DNA of 64,000 nucleotides from Rubrivivax sp. (GTDB lineage Bacteria; Pseudomonadota; Gammaproteobacteria; Burkholderiales; Burkholderiaceae_C), in NCBI GenBank assembly GCA_046348125.1, contig JAXMEV010000013.1:23127-87126 (forward strand), given 5' to 3'. The notes beneath the pieces are model-generated. The model did not search any database, was not told the origin of the DNA, and worked only from the letters and a program-made list of their open reading frames with translations. Both the position numbers and the translations under genes were made by a program. Position 1 is the stretch's first letter. The number at the start of each line of letters is the position of its first letter. Positions 63,815-64,000 of this stretch are shown here, piece after piece.

Positions 63815-64000
63815 ATGAACGAGCTGCTGCTGTGGCTGGGCGTCGACGCCTGGCGCCCCATCGCGAGCGCGCTGCTGCTGCCGCCGGTGCCGTTCCTGCT
63901 GGCGGTGCTGGTGGGCGCGCGGCTGCTGTTTCGCCGCCGCCTGCTCGGCTGGACGCTGATCGTCCTCGCCTGCCTGGGCCTGTGGTTCGGCAGCACCGAC
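63815..64000 (+). CDS. Membrane protein, probable YdcF/DUF218 family, N-terminal part (runs off window end)
   Basis: MNELLLWLGVDAWRPIASALLLPPVPFLL... two hydrophobic segments; only ~60 aa visible. Confidence 0.5.
   Translation, partial: MNELLLWLGVDAWRPIASALLLPPVPFLLAVLVGARLLFRRRLLGWTLIVLACLGLWFGSTD

Overview
High-GC betaproteobacterial chromosome segment (Burkholderiales, Rubrivivax/Methylibium-like gene order). Bases 1-29 kb are mostly core genes: a partial FecR/DUF6600-like gene, phaC, a peptide/nickel ABC importer lacking an ATPase, aroG-def-ligA-zipA-smc, queF, a SET protein, dapC-dapD-pilU-dapE-prmB-ABC-F, asparaginase, lexA with two SOS boxes, and msrA. Small palindromic REP-like repeats are scattered through this part. 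Bases ~30.3-62.6 kb are a 32-kb catabolic island bracketed by two near-identical direct copies of glutaryl-CoA dehydrogenase (gcdH), with no integrase or transposase visible. The island encodes two divergent B12-dependent acyl-CoA mutase large subunits, two B12-binding small subunits, MeaB, a fused CoA-transferase, a CoA ligase, a thiolase with its DUF35 partner, a 3-hydroxyacyl-CoA dehydrogenase and an amidohydrolase. It also carries six SDRs, an old yellow enzyme, an NTF2/SnoaL protein, two cysteine-less racemase-family proteins, two Liv-type ABC importers and a GntR regulator, with TGTATACA palindromes in its promoter regions. This looks like an undescribed B12 carbon-skeleton-rearrangement pathway, possibly feeding glutaryl-CoA. 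All calls come from motif recognition by eye; no searches were run, and start codons were often trimmed from the supplied ORFs.
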